The notes beneath the pieces were generated by a model. It ran no database searches and was not told where the DNA came from. It was given only the letters and a program-made list of their open reading frames with translations. Below, piece by piece: positions 12,737 through 24,848 of a stretch of DNA of 64,000 bases. Position numbers and translations under genes: made by a program. Position 1 is the first letter of the stretch. Each line of letters begins with the position of its first letter. The stretch lies in contig OX597816.1 of assembly GCA_951406725.2 (NCBI GenBank), positions 133,672,001 through 133,736,000 of the forward strand, given 5' to 3'. This DNA is from Octopus vulgaris (lineage: Eukaryota).

Positions 12737-13190
12737 CTGTAGAGGGCGGAGACTATACCTGAGGCATGTGTATGAGGTTAATGTAGCTTACATTTATTTT
12801 GAAATCTTGAATGAGTGGAGAGGGGCATGACAGAGAAAGACTTTTAGAAGAATGTATTGAAGAAAATGTTCAGTTAAAGATTTGATTTGAAAAGGGAAAT
12901 TTAGTGGGGATGAGGAAAAGAAAAAGTGAAGGCTACATTTAGTTAGTACCGATAAGGGTAGGTACAAGAGAAACATACCATTGTGTCATCATTATCATTA
13001 GTTAAACATTTGTTTTCTATAATGGTATGTGTCAGACAATTTGACAAGAACTGGGAAGTCAGAAGACTGCACTGAGCCTAACTGTCTGCTTTGGTATGGT
13101 TTCTGTGGTTGGATGCCCTTCTTAACACCAACCATTTTACAATGTGTCAATAAAAACCAATTTGAGAACACAAGCCAAATTGTTTGTACA

Positions 13191-13258
<68 letters not shown>

Positions 13259-14176
13259 GAGAGAGAGATGGTTGCAACATCCTAACTATATCACTAGTTT
13301 TTATACAGTTAATTAATTGACATTTCATATGTAGTACCTTTGCTTTATTCTCCTTTGCCTTACCAAATACAATAATTCCCTTTTTACTGAATACTGTCAA
13401 ATCTCTCTCCCTAAAATATGAAATATTTGTCCAATGTTCATACCTTTCTCAGTATCATAAACATCATAAATGAAGTAACTTTCAATCAGTCACTAAAATC
13501 ACCTTGCAATATGGACCGGCAATAGTTTACTTTCTTACTTAACAGCAGATAGTGCACTTTTTGACATGTATTGAACTCTAGCCTCCTGTCTTTAAGTCAT
13601 ACCATTTGGCCTTTTCCTTCTTGAAGCAATTGTAGCACTCTAGTTTTTTTCCAATTCATTTACAAGACAGAGACATAATTTAAGTTTGTTTTTTTTTAAT
13701 TCAGTTATTTCCTGTCAAAGTAATTTTTTTAAAGTTAAAATGTGAGGATTTTTTTTAAAAAAAGAAAAGAATGATAAAAATTAAAGCAAAAAGACATTAC
13801 ATTCAAGCAGAGAAAGACCAGGTGCTAATACCACTTAGAGAAGCTATGTAAGTCAGAATGTCAGGTAAGAAAATAAACCAGCAAAATCAAGTGGTTTGTA
13901 TTCATTTCTAGCATAATTCTGATAGACATCTTCTCAGTAGCAGATAAGAAAAGCTACACCTGAACTCAGCCATGAAATTGATGAGGTCAACATAAGACAA
14001 AAGGAAGAATTCCTTTTATGACTAGTGGTATGAACAAAGGGGATTAGTTAGAATAAAATTTGCCCAAACAAAACTGTACATATTTATGCATTTATACATA
14101 CACACAAAACTACCTGTATGTACATACATCATCATCATCATTGAACATTCACTGTTTCTATGCCTGCATGGGTTAA

Positions 14177-14396
14177 CCCTTTCGTTACTGAATTAATTTT
14201 GAGATGCTCTGTGTTTCTTTTAATTACTTTAAATATAACAAAGAATTTAATAAAATAACTTGGTTATCATTCAGCTAATGTTAGGAACATAAATTGTGAC
14301 AAAGGTTTGGTAGAAGATTTTAATTCAAAGTTTATGAAAACAAGACATTTGTACTCAAAGCCAGAGCCGGTTTCAGCCGGGTTGGTAACGAAAGGG
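14177..14396. mobile_element. piggyBac-like (TTAA-specific) MITE
   Basis: TTAA on both sides and perfect 12-bp TIR CCCTTTCGTTAC / GTAACGAAAGGG. It interrupts a repeat whose uninterrupted homolog is near 58805-58880. Confidence 0.85.
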
Positions 14397-15042
14397 TTAA
14401 ACAGAATTTATTGAGGCAGGTTTTGTCATGTGATATGTATGGATGAAGACAGCTGTGTAAGGAAGTGCTGATCATTCAACAAGAATGAAACTAGTGGAAA
14501 AAGGAGACCCAGAAAAACATGGAATGATGTAGTGGAGGCTGATCTCAAGATGGTATGCCTGCTCCAAGACCATGTCCATATCTAGCAGGTCTCCTCTGGC
14601 AGTTCCCAACCAATTTACTCTGCTTAAAAAAAATTCTTTGACAAAAACGAAAAAAAAACAGTATTGTGTTTATGTTGTGTCACTTTATCACCCATATGTT
14701 AGCTGTTTGATAGAGATCCAAATATAAATATCAAGTTAGATAAAATATTAAAATCAATGTAATCAATTAAATCCTTATAAGTGGTGCCCCTAACATAGCT
14801 GCAGTCTAATGACTAAAACCAATAAAAGAATATATTTTCTTCCCATAAGAAAAATTTAATTTCGTAAAATATTGAATTTAACTTAATTTGTCTCTAGTTA
14901 CGTCTGCCTCCACTTAGTCTAGAAGAGATCATCTCCTCTATAATAGTTAACGACCAGGGGTACACCAAATCTTTTATTATTTAAGTGTTTCAGTCACTGG
15001 ACTGCAGCCATGCTGGGGCATCACACTGAAGCTTTAGTTGAA

Positions 15043-15377
15043 TGGCCCTAAATGTGAAATGGCAGCAACATATGACAAACGAATGCCTTTATGGAGACCA
15101 GTCAAAAGTTAGCAAGAAGATCAGGCAAAGACGGCTGCAACTATCTGGTCACTGTGTGTGCCCCACTGAACTGGAAGCATCCAAATTGGTCTTGTGGAAT
15201 CCACTTCATGGTGATGTAAGAAGAGAAAAACATCGTCATGCTTACATTGACAACTTGATTGCAGACATTGGCCTGGAATGTATCCAGGACCTGAAAATAG
15301 TGATGTTGGACCAAGAAGTGTAGAAGGCAGACTTTGTTGCAGTGACCCAGATTGGAACCCAGCCATAATAATAATAA
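15043..15377 (+). mobile_element. 5'-truncated RTE-type LINE 3' end nested in an OK-like SINE
   Basis: Encodes MALNVKWQQHMTNECLYGD...IRQRRLQLSGHC and ends in (TAA)n. 9-bp TSD TTAGTTGAA (15034-15042 and 15378-15386). The SINE resumes on both sides. Confidence 0.85.
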
Positions 15378-15403
15378 TTAGTTGAACAAATCAACCCAGT
15401 ACA

Positions 15404-15446
<43 letters not shown>

Positions 15447-15945
15447 ACGCATGTGGTACTTATTCTATCAGTCTCCTTTGCCAAATCGCTAAATTACAGG
15501 AACCTAAACTTGTAATAATATATTTATTCTCAGTAAGAGACTATCTTTACAAGTAAGGTAGCTATCAAGGAAACAAGTTGTTGCAGAACAGCAGATTTAC
15601 TGAGTAGTAAGGAGTAATGTTTTGTTGTTACTATTAGGTATTACTTTCTGTCTCTTTTCACTCTTTTTTTTTACCACAATAGACTGTTTTTTTCTTTTCT
15701 CTTTTTTTGTAGCTAGTATTAGTGGTAGCAGCAGAGCTGACAAGATTCATTACTCAGTTGAAAACAACAAAACAACACACACACACACACACACTCACAC
15801 CTACAACAATGTGTTCAGAAGAAAACTTAACAATTCAAAGCAATGACAACAACTAATGTGATTCATCTGGCAGAGGAACATGACACTCCATAGCTATTCT
15901 CTTCCACCACCACTACCTTCAATCTCTGCCTTAGTTGCCCTTAAT

Positions 15946-15989
<44 letters not shown>

Positions 15990-16854
15990 AGAGAAAGACA
16001 GTGAGATATAAACAGATAGATAGACAAATATATAGACAAACAGGTGGACAACTGCTAATTGACACTTTAATGGGGTTTGTCTTTTCTTTTTACTTTTTAA
16101 TATTTTTACAAGAAAGAATATGTGAAATGGCTTGAAATTCTATCTAATGTAATTGGGAAGTGTGATGGTTGGGAGACACACCACTCATCAAAGACAGAGG
16201 AAGAAAAAGAGGAGTGTAAAGAGAGAGAAGGAAAAGAAGAGAGATGATGAAAAGAAGAATTTAGGGAAGGGGAGATTTTTGTTTGTTTGTTTTTTGTTTT
16301 TTTTTTAAATTAGACATTAAGCCGAAAGGAAAGAAAGTGGGAAATTGTAATATTCATACCTTTTTCCCAAGGGCATTAGTAAGTAAAACCATTTCAAAGG
16401 ATAACTGGCTAGCATAACAGACACTTTCATCTCCTCCCTACTGTGTTTCACCTTACAGATCCCACATTAAACAATCCTTCTTCTCTGGGAAGCTTCCCTC
16501 TAGAATTCTCTCTCACCTTACATTTTCCCAGCTAATATCCTCAGATAGATGTTCAAAGTAAACAAGAATATCAACCAGATTAATCTTGTTAGTCTGGGAG
16601 AGCATGCAAAAGGTATGGTCACTGGTCCCTCCTCCTCTGACTAATATGCACACTGTTCATTGCTACCACTATCATTATCATCATTACCAGTTTAACATTC
16701 CTTCTACTATCCTGACTCCAATACAACATCATACATCTTGAACATGCATGATCAAATCAATGAGGCTTCCAACTCTCTATTCTGTTTCCTGCTAACTCAG
16801 TATACTAATTGTAGAACCCATATATATATATATATATACATACACACACACACA

Positions 16855-17015
16855 ACAAGCCTCTTTCCATTTCCAGCTACCAAATCTACTCACAAGGTTT
16901 TAGTCAGCTTGAGGATATAGTAGAAGACATTTGTCCAAGGTTACATGCAGTGGGACTGAACCTGAAACCATGTGATTGGGAAGCAGGCTTCTTACCACAC
17001 AGCCATGCCTGCACG
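16855..17015 (-). mobile_element. OK-like SINE head
   Basis: Minus strand GGCATGGCTGTGTGGTAAG...GGTTCAGTCCC carries A and B boxes. Confidence 0.75.
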
Positions 17016-17561
17016 CACATACACACACACACATATATATATATAGTTATTATTATAATTATTATTAGACAATAAATTGTAAGGTATACACCTGGTAGCT
17101 TACCGGTAAAGCACACTCAGTTTCACAGTGTTCATTGAGCATTTGATTAATGAGAGAGACGGAAGAAGAAAGATACGAGAATATATATTGATCAGTAGAA
17201 TTGTTTCAACTCACATAGAATTGATACCTCATGGGTGGGATACTGAACAACTGCATTGCGTATTTGTATCTATTTGCATCCGATTTTTATTGATCTTCTA
17301 TAGCAATGAAGCTGTATCCCTTAATTTACTGCTTTTGAATATACATATTGAGATGTAAATTTTGTGGAACAAGTGTTAATTTAAAGAAATACATCTTGTA
17401 ATCACTGGAAGAGACACATCTACACCAATGGATATTCCTAGACCAGTTGTTCAGCATCTCACCCATGAGGGATTGATGCTAGATGGGTTGAAACAATTGT
17501 AGTGATCAATAAACATTCTTGCATCTTCCATCATCTATATATATATTTAAGGCAAATAAGA

Positions 17562-18125
17562 AAATGGAGAGGAGAAACAATCAACAAACATCAGCCAGTA
17601 AACATTCAATATATCTATTTATTAAATCGATTACATATGTGTTTAAGTGATACAAGTAAACGAATGAAATCAGCCAATAAATATGGTCTGCCAGCCTCGT
17701 CTGGCACCTGTGTCGGTGGCACATAAAAACACCATCCGAGCGTGGCCGTCTGCCAGCCTCGTCTGGCACCTGTGTCGGTGGCACATAAAACACCATCCGA
17801 GCGTGGCCGTCTGCCAGCCTCGTCTGGCACCTGTGTCGGTGGCACATAAAATCACCCACTACATAGTGGTTGGCGTTAGGAAGGGCATCCAGCTGTAGAA
17901 ACATATATATATATATATATATATATATACGTTAACGATGATGATGATGATGATGATGATGAGTGTACAGATACAGATCCCTTACAGCCGTTTCTATCAT
18001 TAGGCATCAAGATCAAGATCTTCCAAGTCATCCTCATCACGTCAGTGATATACAGTAATGAATGGACAATGATATAATTGAATGTTTACTGGCTGATGTT
18101 TGTCGATTGTTTATCCTCTCCATTT
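17562..18125. mobile_element. TIR element (~49-bp TIRs) with nested LINE 3' UTR
   Basis: 17562-17610 is the reverse complement of 18077-18125 with few mismatches. Interior 17687-17961 is the 3' UTR and (GAT)n tail of the LINE at 42107-43751, with 3 tandem 61-62 bp units. Confidence 0.75.
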
Positions 18126-18282
18126 ACTCCAATTTACTCCCACCCATACCTAGTATTCAACTGCAATATTGCCATACAATAGAAAGCACTTGGTTAAAAA
18201 TACGTAGGTACACATCCAGTAGTATACTGGATATGTAATATCCCTTAGATGGTTTCTTAACCTTTAACTCATACAGACATAA

Positions 18283-18335
<53 letters not shown>

Positions 18336-21300
18336 AAACCTTCTCCTCAACTTAGGACTGAGTTCTGTTCCAACTGACAGATCATAAGTCGATCTGGTCA
18401 TACGCTGAATTTATATTTTTCAACACTGTTTTCATTCAAACACAACTGATGCTTAAAAGTGACTGACTGAGAGACAGTGGCAGGCAGTGGATGCCTGGGT
18501 CTGAGGGAGACTTGTGTTACCAGATGCTGCTATAGTTATCCTACACATAGCTACCTAATGTCTGAAAATCGATTATTTATTTATTTATTTATTTATTGTG
18601 GTCATAAGTGCAGATGGTCATTAGTCACATAGGTCATAAGTTGAGGAGGGGTGTGTGTATGTAAATATATGTGTGTGTGTGTGTGTTCATATTATCACAT
18701 GACCTCTAGTATACTTATTACTCATCTCATTTTATCGAAGTCATAATTCTTACCGAATTCGCAAAATGCATCTCCAAATGTTATTCAAATAAGCTAGATT
18801 CACTTACATTAGCTAAGATTATAAGAAGGCATCTTTTTATGGTTTTAATTTTTCGTTTCTTATTCAATAAATTCTCATAAAACTGACAGGTTAAATTGTG
18901 AATATAAACACCAATATTGAAATTATGCTTATATTAAATCTTATAGTTCGTTTGGATCCAAATTTCATGACCATTCGTGAATTATTTGATTTTTCATGCA
19001 AAGAAGATTACCCCCACCACCACCACCACCACACACACACATACATACAGAACTTCAGTTGAGAAAGCTAAAACCAGAATGAGGAAACAGGAGTTTTGTC
19101 ATTTTTGCTTTGAATTCTGTTTAAATGAACTATCTACAAAAGCACCCTTCACTAATTTTCATCAATTTTTTATGAAGTAAAACATTCGTGTGGGTGTGTG
19201 TGCATGCACATGCTTGTGAGTGTGTACATGGATGTTTGTTTCTCATCATTTGAAAACTGATGCTAGTTTGTCTTCATCCCTGTAACTCAGCAGTTTGGTC
19301 ACTCCCCACCCAAAAAAGAACATCAATAGAATAAGTATGAGGCTAAAGAATAAGAACTAGGGTCAATTTGATCTAGTAGATCCTTCAAAGCAGTACCTCA
19401 AGGATAGCCACAGTCCAGTGACAAATAAAAGAGTATATATCCTTAAAAAAGATTAGCATTATCTTTCAAGCACAAAAAATGACAGCCCAATTTATCTCAC
19501 AATGGCTATTATAATCATGTAATGTGATTAGATATGTATTATACCAAGTGGAAAAGAAAAAAAAATGAATGAATGACCTGGTGAGGGAAGATATCTATAG
19601 TAGAAGTAGAACAAAGCAAACTTAAGAAATATCTGGATCAGTAGTATGAAGTAGTAGTTACAGCAGAAATACCAACAAAAAGACCATGTAGACCTATCCA
19701 ACCTGTAACAGCATGGATGGTGGAGGGGAAAGACAATCATGGTTAGATCTTTTTTTTCTCAAAATATGTAGCAAAATAATTTTCATAAATTGTGCAGGAA
19801 TCACACAACAAACAATAAATTTCTTTGAAATCCTTCTAAAAATATACTGGTCACAAGAGTAATGAACATCTGTTTTTAAACAATCAGATAAATAAAATTC
19901 TAAAGAATAACAAACTATTATAGAGCTATAATGGCACTGTCATATTTCATAACCATATTTAATAAAATATATTGAAACAAATTTTTTGAAAGTGTTTTTA
20001 GTAATTTAAAAAGAGGTAGTACTCAATAACTTTTTTAAGAACTAGTTAGATAAAATGAGTTTAACATTATCTACATTAATTTTTGGACAGTTGCACAGTA
20101 ATAGTTGGAATGAAAACAAATGCAAAGAGGGAAATACCATAGGGAAATGTTCTGGGAAAGAGGGGGAAAAAAGGAGAAAAGAGTTCAGTAGCTGTGAGAG
20201 CTAGGTACAACTAGGATAGCATACAGTTAGGAAATTTAATAAATCAGAGATTGTTATAGTTAGTAGAAAAAGAAAAAAGACAGATGAACAATTGGTAAAT
20301 GTCTGGTGAATATTTGCGAATGAAGACTTGCACAGTAGAGAAAATTTTGGCAGATACTATGTATGATGTTCCAGATATGTAGGCACTGGATAGGAATATA
20401 TTTTAATAAAGTATAGGAAGTTTTCAGTTGTAAAGTATTTTCTAATATGCTTGTGTTTTGTTTTTTTAACTATTTGTTCTAGTACAAGAAGAATAACATA
20501 TAACATTTGCATATTGCTGGATAAAGTGTTCTTATAGTATTTGTTATTACCACTGTAACTACTCAACTTTCAAGCAAGAGTAGAACTTGTTTTCCTCCAG
20601 ATAGACTGAGAAAAGAGCAACAGAATGGCTGTAGTAAAAGTGTGAACAGATGACAAGTCCCTGCTTCAAAAATTTATATCAACAATTAATTAAAACCAAA
20701 AGTTTGAGGACACCTTCTTTCTCTCCTTCCTCCTGCCACTTAGTCTTGAAGGGCTTGTAAAGGTTCTTTCAGACTACCTTTCCTTCCTAACTACAAATAA
20801 CAAAAAGGATAATCTAGTGTGGATATTGATCATGAATCTTAATTTTCTTTCTTTCTTATGTTCCCATTAAAAGAAGTGATTGACTTAAAAAGAAGTTTCA
20901 GAAAAAATAGTTTACTTGGAATGTAAGAAGAGAATAAGAAAGAAAACTCAATACCGTGTTACTGGTACAATGAGTGAAAGTAAAATAACTAAGCTGGCAC
21001 TCCGTATGATGGATGGCACAATAGTGAAAGTATAAAAGATGTAATAGGATCTCTGGCAGACCAACAAGTAACCAAAACTACAGGTGTGTTAAATTGACTA
21101 AATAGTTAAAAAGATGAGTTTTCATCACATGAAGATCACACCTCACAAGAAAGTCATTACATAAATTATATATTTGATGTGGCAGGCAGATTAGGGGATA
21201 GTATAATACAGAGGGAACAATAGAACAGGAAATTCAGAAAACAACTCAGTTAGCACTAAAATATTTTTCTTTCTGTATGCAAAACAAAATAGATCAACTA

Positions 21301-21879
21301 TTTGTAAAAGATGGCACTAAATAATGTTGAATATGGTCCATTTGATACAATAAGGTAAATTACAAGAAATGTTGAGAGCAAATAAGAGGGCAATGAAGAC
21401 AGTGGCAACAACAAAGGTCGCATAAAAATATAATGCTAGTTGATAACACATACTAAGATGAAAAAGTTCAAGGAATTGGTGGCAAAAGGTGCAGCGGAAC
21501 AAGAAAACTAAGGTACACATGAAGTAAATAGTTAGTATACACTTATAAGAGCAATTGGTGGAATGAGAAGAAACACATTATGATACATAGAAATATATCA
21601 TACTGCTGATTTGGAAAAATGGATAAAAAATATTGATGATGCTGATGAAATACAAATTCAAAGAATTATTTATAGAACTTGATAATAAATAAAGAATACA
21701 TATTCAAATTCCTAAAATTCCCCAATATTAACTTCTTAGCACTGTCTACATAAATTAACTACATGTAACTAATTACTAGCTTAGTTTCTTAATTATAGGC
21801 TTCTGACTTCTTGCCATTTGACAAATAGCCACCAGTGTTTGGCCTTGCTGGGATACAAAAGGTTACAAAAAGCACTAAC

Positions 21880-21989
21880 CTTGTGACCTGAAGATCATCT
21901 CTTAGTTTAGTGTAAAATTGTTCAAGTTGTACTTCGGCCAATAATTCATAGAGCCATTCTTGACTGTCGCTGTCTTCATTCATATTCAT
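21880..21989 (-). CDS. Ack: Ack/TNK2-like kinase, probable first coding exon (N-terminal half of SAM domain); exon spans 21880-22008
   Basis: Acceptor TTTTCATTTGTTTCAG| at 22009, ATG at 21989, donor AAG|GTTAGT (phase 2). Encodes MNMNEDSDSQEWLYELLAEVQLEQFYTKLRDDLQVT(R), matching ACK1 [26 protein letters not shown] as recalled. The frame is open up to the acceptor, so an upstream coding exon is possible. Confidence 0.9.
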
Positions 21990-22160
21990 ATTGTGGCTGC
22001 CACCAACACTGAAACAAATGAAAATACAGAAATAAAGAGAATAATATTTCCACACAAGTACTGATGCACAGAATTTCATTCAACTCAATTGAATAATAAT
22101 GATAATAATATATAATAATAATACCACTCTTTTGTTTTAAAATTCATTGACAATTTAGAC

Positions 22161-22393
22161 TTTAAGTAAGCAATGCTTTTGATGAAATCAGACTAAGAAC
22201 ATTTTTAAAAGCCATCTCTTGAAATATGTAATGAATTACATTAATATTTTTATTTTAAAATATTTGATGTCAAGTGATATGGTAAAGAGCATATAATCAT
22301 TCCACTGAAGTGGTTTGTAAAATACATGACAATGTTTTGATGCTCTAACATACTGTACACCAATTTAAACTAAACATAGAATCAAAAATAATT
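22161..22393 (+). repeat. Local direct duplication, partner 23512-23760
   Basis: Near-identical AT-rich sequence. The partner has a ~16-bp insertion. Confidence 0.9.
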
Positions 22394-23212
22394 ACAATCA
22401 TTCCGTGTAGAAAAGCTTTATATATAAGAACTTTAGCCTTTAGAGAGGTCTCGTTTTAATTTATTAACTAAAACTGTGCTATTTTAAATTTTTTTATTTT
22501 CTTACTACTGACTTCCTGTGTCATTTGTTTATCTACTTTTAGATTTAAAATAAAGATTGAACATAAGTTATCATTCAAGACAATTCAAGATAAGTTAATG
22601 TGGCCCATATGGCTTGTTGAAAGGAAATTTATTCTGTAACATTGTGTCCAGAGTTTCAGATTTCAAACTTTTATTTTGCAGATATAATGTACACATATCT
22701 TATGCACTAATGCACTGTCTACTAGATGTAGTGTTCAAAAAGATTAAATCACTGAAGTCAAACTGAAGACAAAGACATGTTTATGGCCTTTTAGGCTATC
22801 CTACACAAGATAAGAAATGAATGAGGTCAGTGTTGTTAATGGTCAGTATGAAATGTTGCAAATTAGTGGATAATGTTGGTAAGGATTCCAACAGGTTAAT
22901 GTTCTAGAGAAGAAAGTATGGGTAAAGTGTTTGGTATAAAGTCTATAAGGTAAGGTAGACAATGAAAGTAAGAGAAGTAGGTGTTTATGTGGGACCACAT
23001 ATTGAAAAGAGCAGAAGTTAAATTAAAATTAGAAGAAAAAGGCAGTCTAAGAACATGGGCTTAATGGTGGGATATTATTTGTGAATGTAGAACTGCCTAT
23101 CAAAGAGATCATATTTGATTCATGACAGGTTTGGTGAAGAAAGAAGCTAAATTAAGAATATACTGTTCTAGAATAATGGCCAAAATACACACAGAGAAAA
23201 AGTATACATGCA

Positions 23213-23251
<39 letters not shown>

Positions 23252-23813
23252 TCTTTTTCTCTCTCTTCCTTCCTATCTCTCTCTCAAACACACACACACA
23301 TATACACAGGGTGACTTAGTTAAAAGTTAGTTTAAAATTGGTATTAACTTTTTTCCATAATACATGGTGAAGAGAAAACACAAGCTACCAGAAATTTTTT
23401 TAAATCTTTGGTTTAGTTGAGTAAAATTTACATTAATAAAATGGGTAAGCAGAAAGAAAAATGTTATGTTGTATTAAAAGCAAACAAATAATATTTGATT
23501 AAAAATACTGATTTAAGTAACCAATGCTTTTGATGAAATCAGACCATAACAAATAGGTACCAAGAACATTTTTAAAAGCCATCTCTTGAAATATGTAATG
23601 AATTACATTAATATTTTCATTTTAAAATATTTGATGTCAAGTGATATGGTAAAAAGCATACAATCATTCCACTGAAGTGGTTTGTAAAATACATGACAAT
23701 GTTTTGATGCTCTAACATACTGTACACCAATTTAAACTAAACATAGAATCAAAAATAATTTTTCTTAACCACAGAAAAAAAAAAGCAACTTTACTTAATT
23801 TACAGAGAGTGGT

Positions 23814-24848
23814 TCATCATCATCATAGTTTAATGTCCGCTTTCCATGCTGGCAAAGTTGGATGGTGTGACTGAAGATTGGCTGAACCAGGCTCCAATCT
23901 GATCTGGCAAGGTTTCTACAGCTGGGTGCTTTTCCTAATGCCAACCACTCCAAGAGTGTAGTGGGTGTTTTTTATGTGCCAGTCAGGCGGTACTGGCATC
24001 GACCACACTCACATGCTGCTTTTTACGTGCCACCGGCACAGGAGCCAGTCTGGTGGGACTGACATCAACTATGCTCAAATGGTGCATTTTACATACCACC
24101 GGCATGGGTGCCAGTCAGGCAGTACTGGCACCTGACTCAACAGGTCTTCTTAAGCACAGCATATTGCCCGATGTCTGAAGGGTACTCTTAAATGGGCCAG
24201 TTATGTGACACTGGCACAGGCCATGGCTATGGTCTCACTTGGCTTGCTAGGTCTTCTCAAGCACAGCGTAATCTCCAAAGGTCCTGGTCCCTGGTCATTG
24301 CCTCTGTGAGGCCCCACGTTTGAAGGTTGTGCTTCACCACCTCATCCCAGGTCTTCCTGGGTCTACCTCTTCCACAGGTTCCCTTCACTGTTAGGGTGTG
24401 ACACTTTTTCACACAGTTGTCCCCATCCATATGTAACACATGATTATACCAGCAAAGTTGTCTCTCTTGCACACCATATCTGATGCTTCTTATGTCCAAC
24501 TTACCTCTCAGGGCACTTACACTCTGTCATGTATGCACACTGATATTATACATCCAGCAGGATATACTAGCTTCATTTCACTGCTGTGTAGCGTGGCTGT
24601 TCGCACACATGCGTCATACAGTCTACCTTTCACTCTGAGCGAGAGGCCCTTTGTTACCAGCAGAGGTAGGAGCTCTCTGAACTTTGCCCAGGCTATTCTT
24701 ATTCTTGTAGCTGCACTCTCAGAGCATCCACCTCAGCTACTGACTTGGTCACGTAGGTAACAGAAGCTATCAACTACTCCTATTTTTTCTGCACATTTTC
24801 AGTGTATCTGCCACACACAAAAACTATCTTCCAAGTTAACCTTCCTTT
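23814..24848 (-). mobile_element. RTE-type LINE 3' portion, diverged, with internal deletions
   Basis: (CAT)n tail at 23814. Minus-strand peptide includes ...GVQERQLCWYNHV...GRGRPRKTWDEVVKH. Clear homology to 42460-43751. Confidence 0.9.

Noticed and set aside
17687-17855. CRISPR-like palindromic direct repeats (also 43400-43580)
   Set aside because: There are no unique spacers and no cas genes. The units are the 3' UTR of a eukaryotic LINE.
20200-21720. Purine-rich stretch that may be a decayed transposase (also 56690-57760 and 63060-63720)
   Set aside because: I could not recover enough ordered motifs to assign a family.
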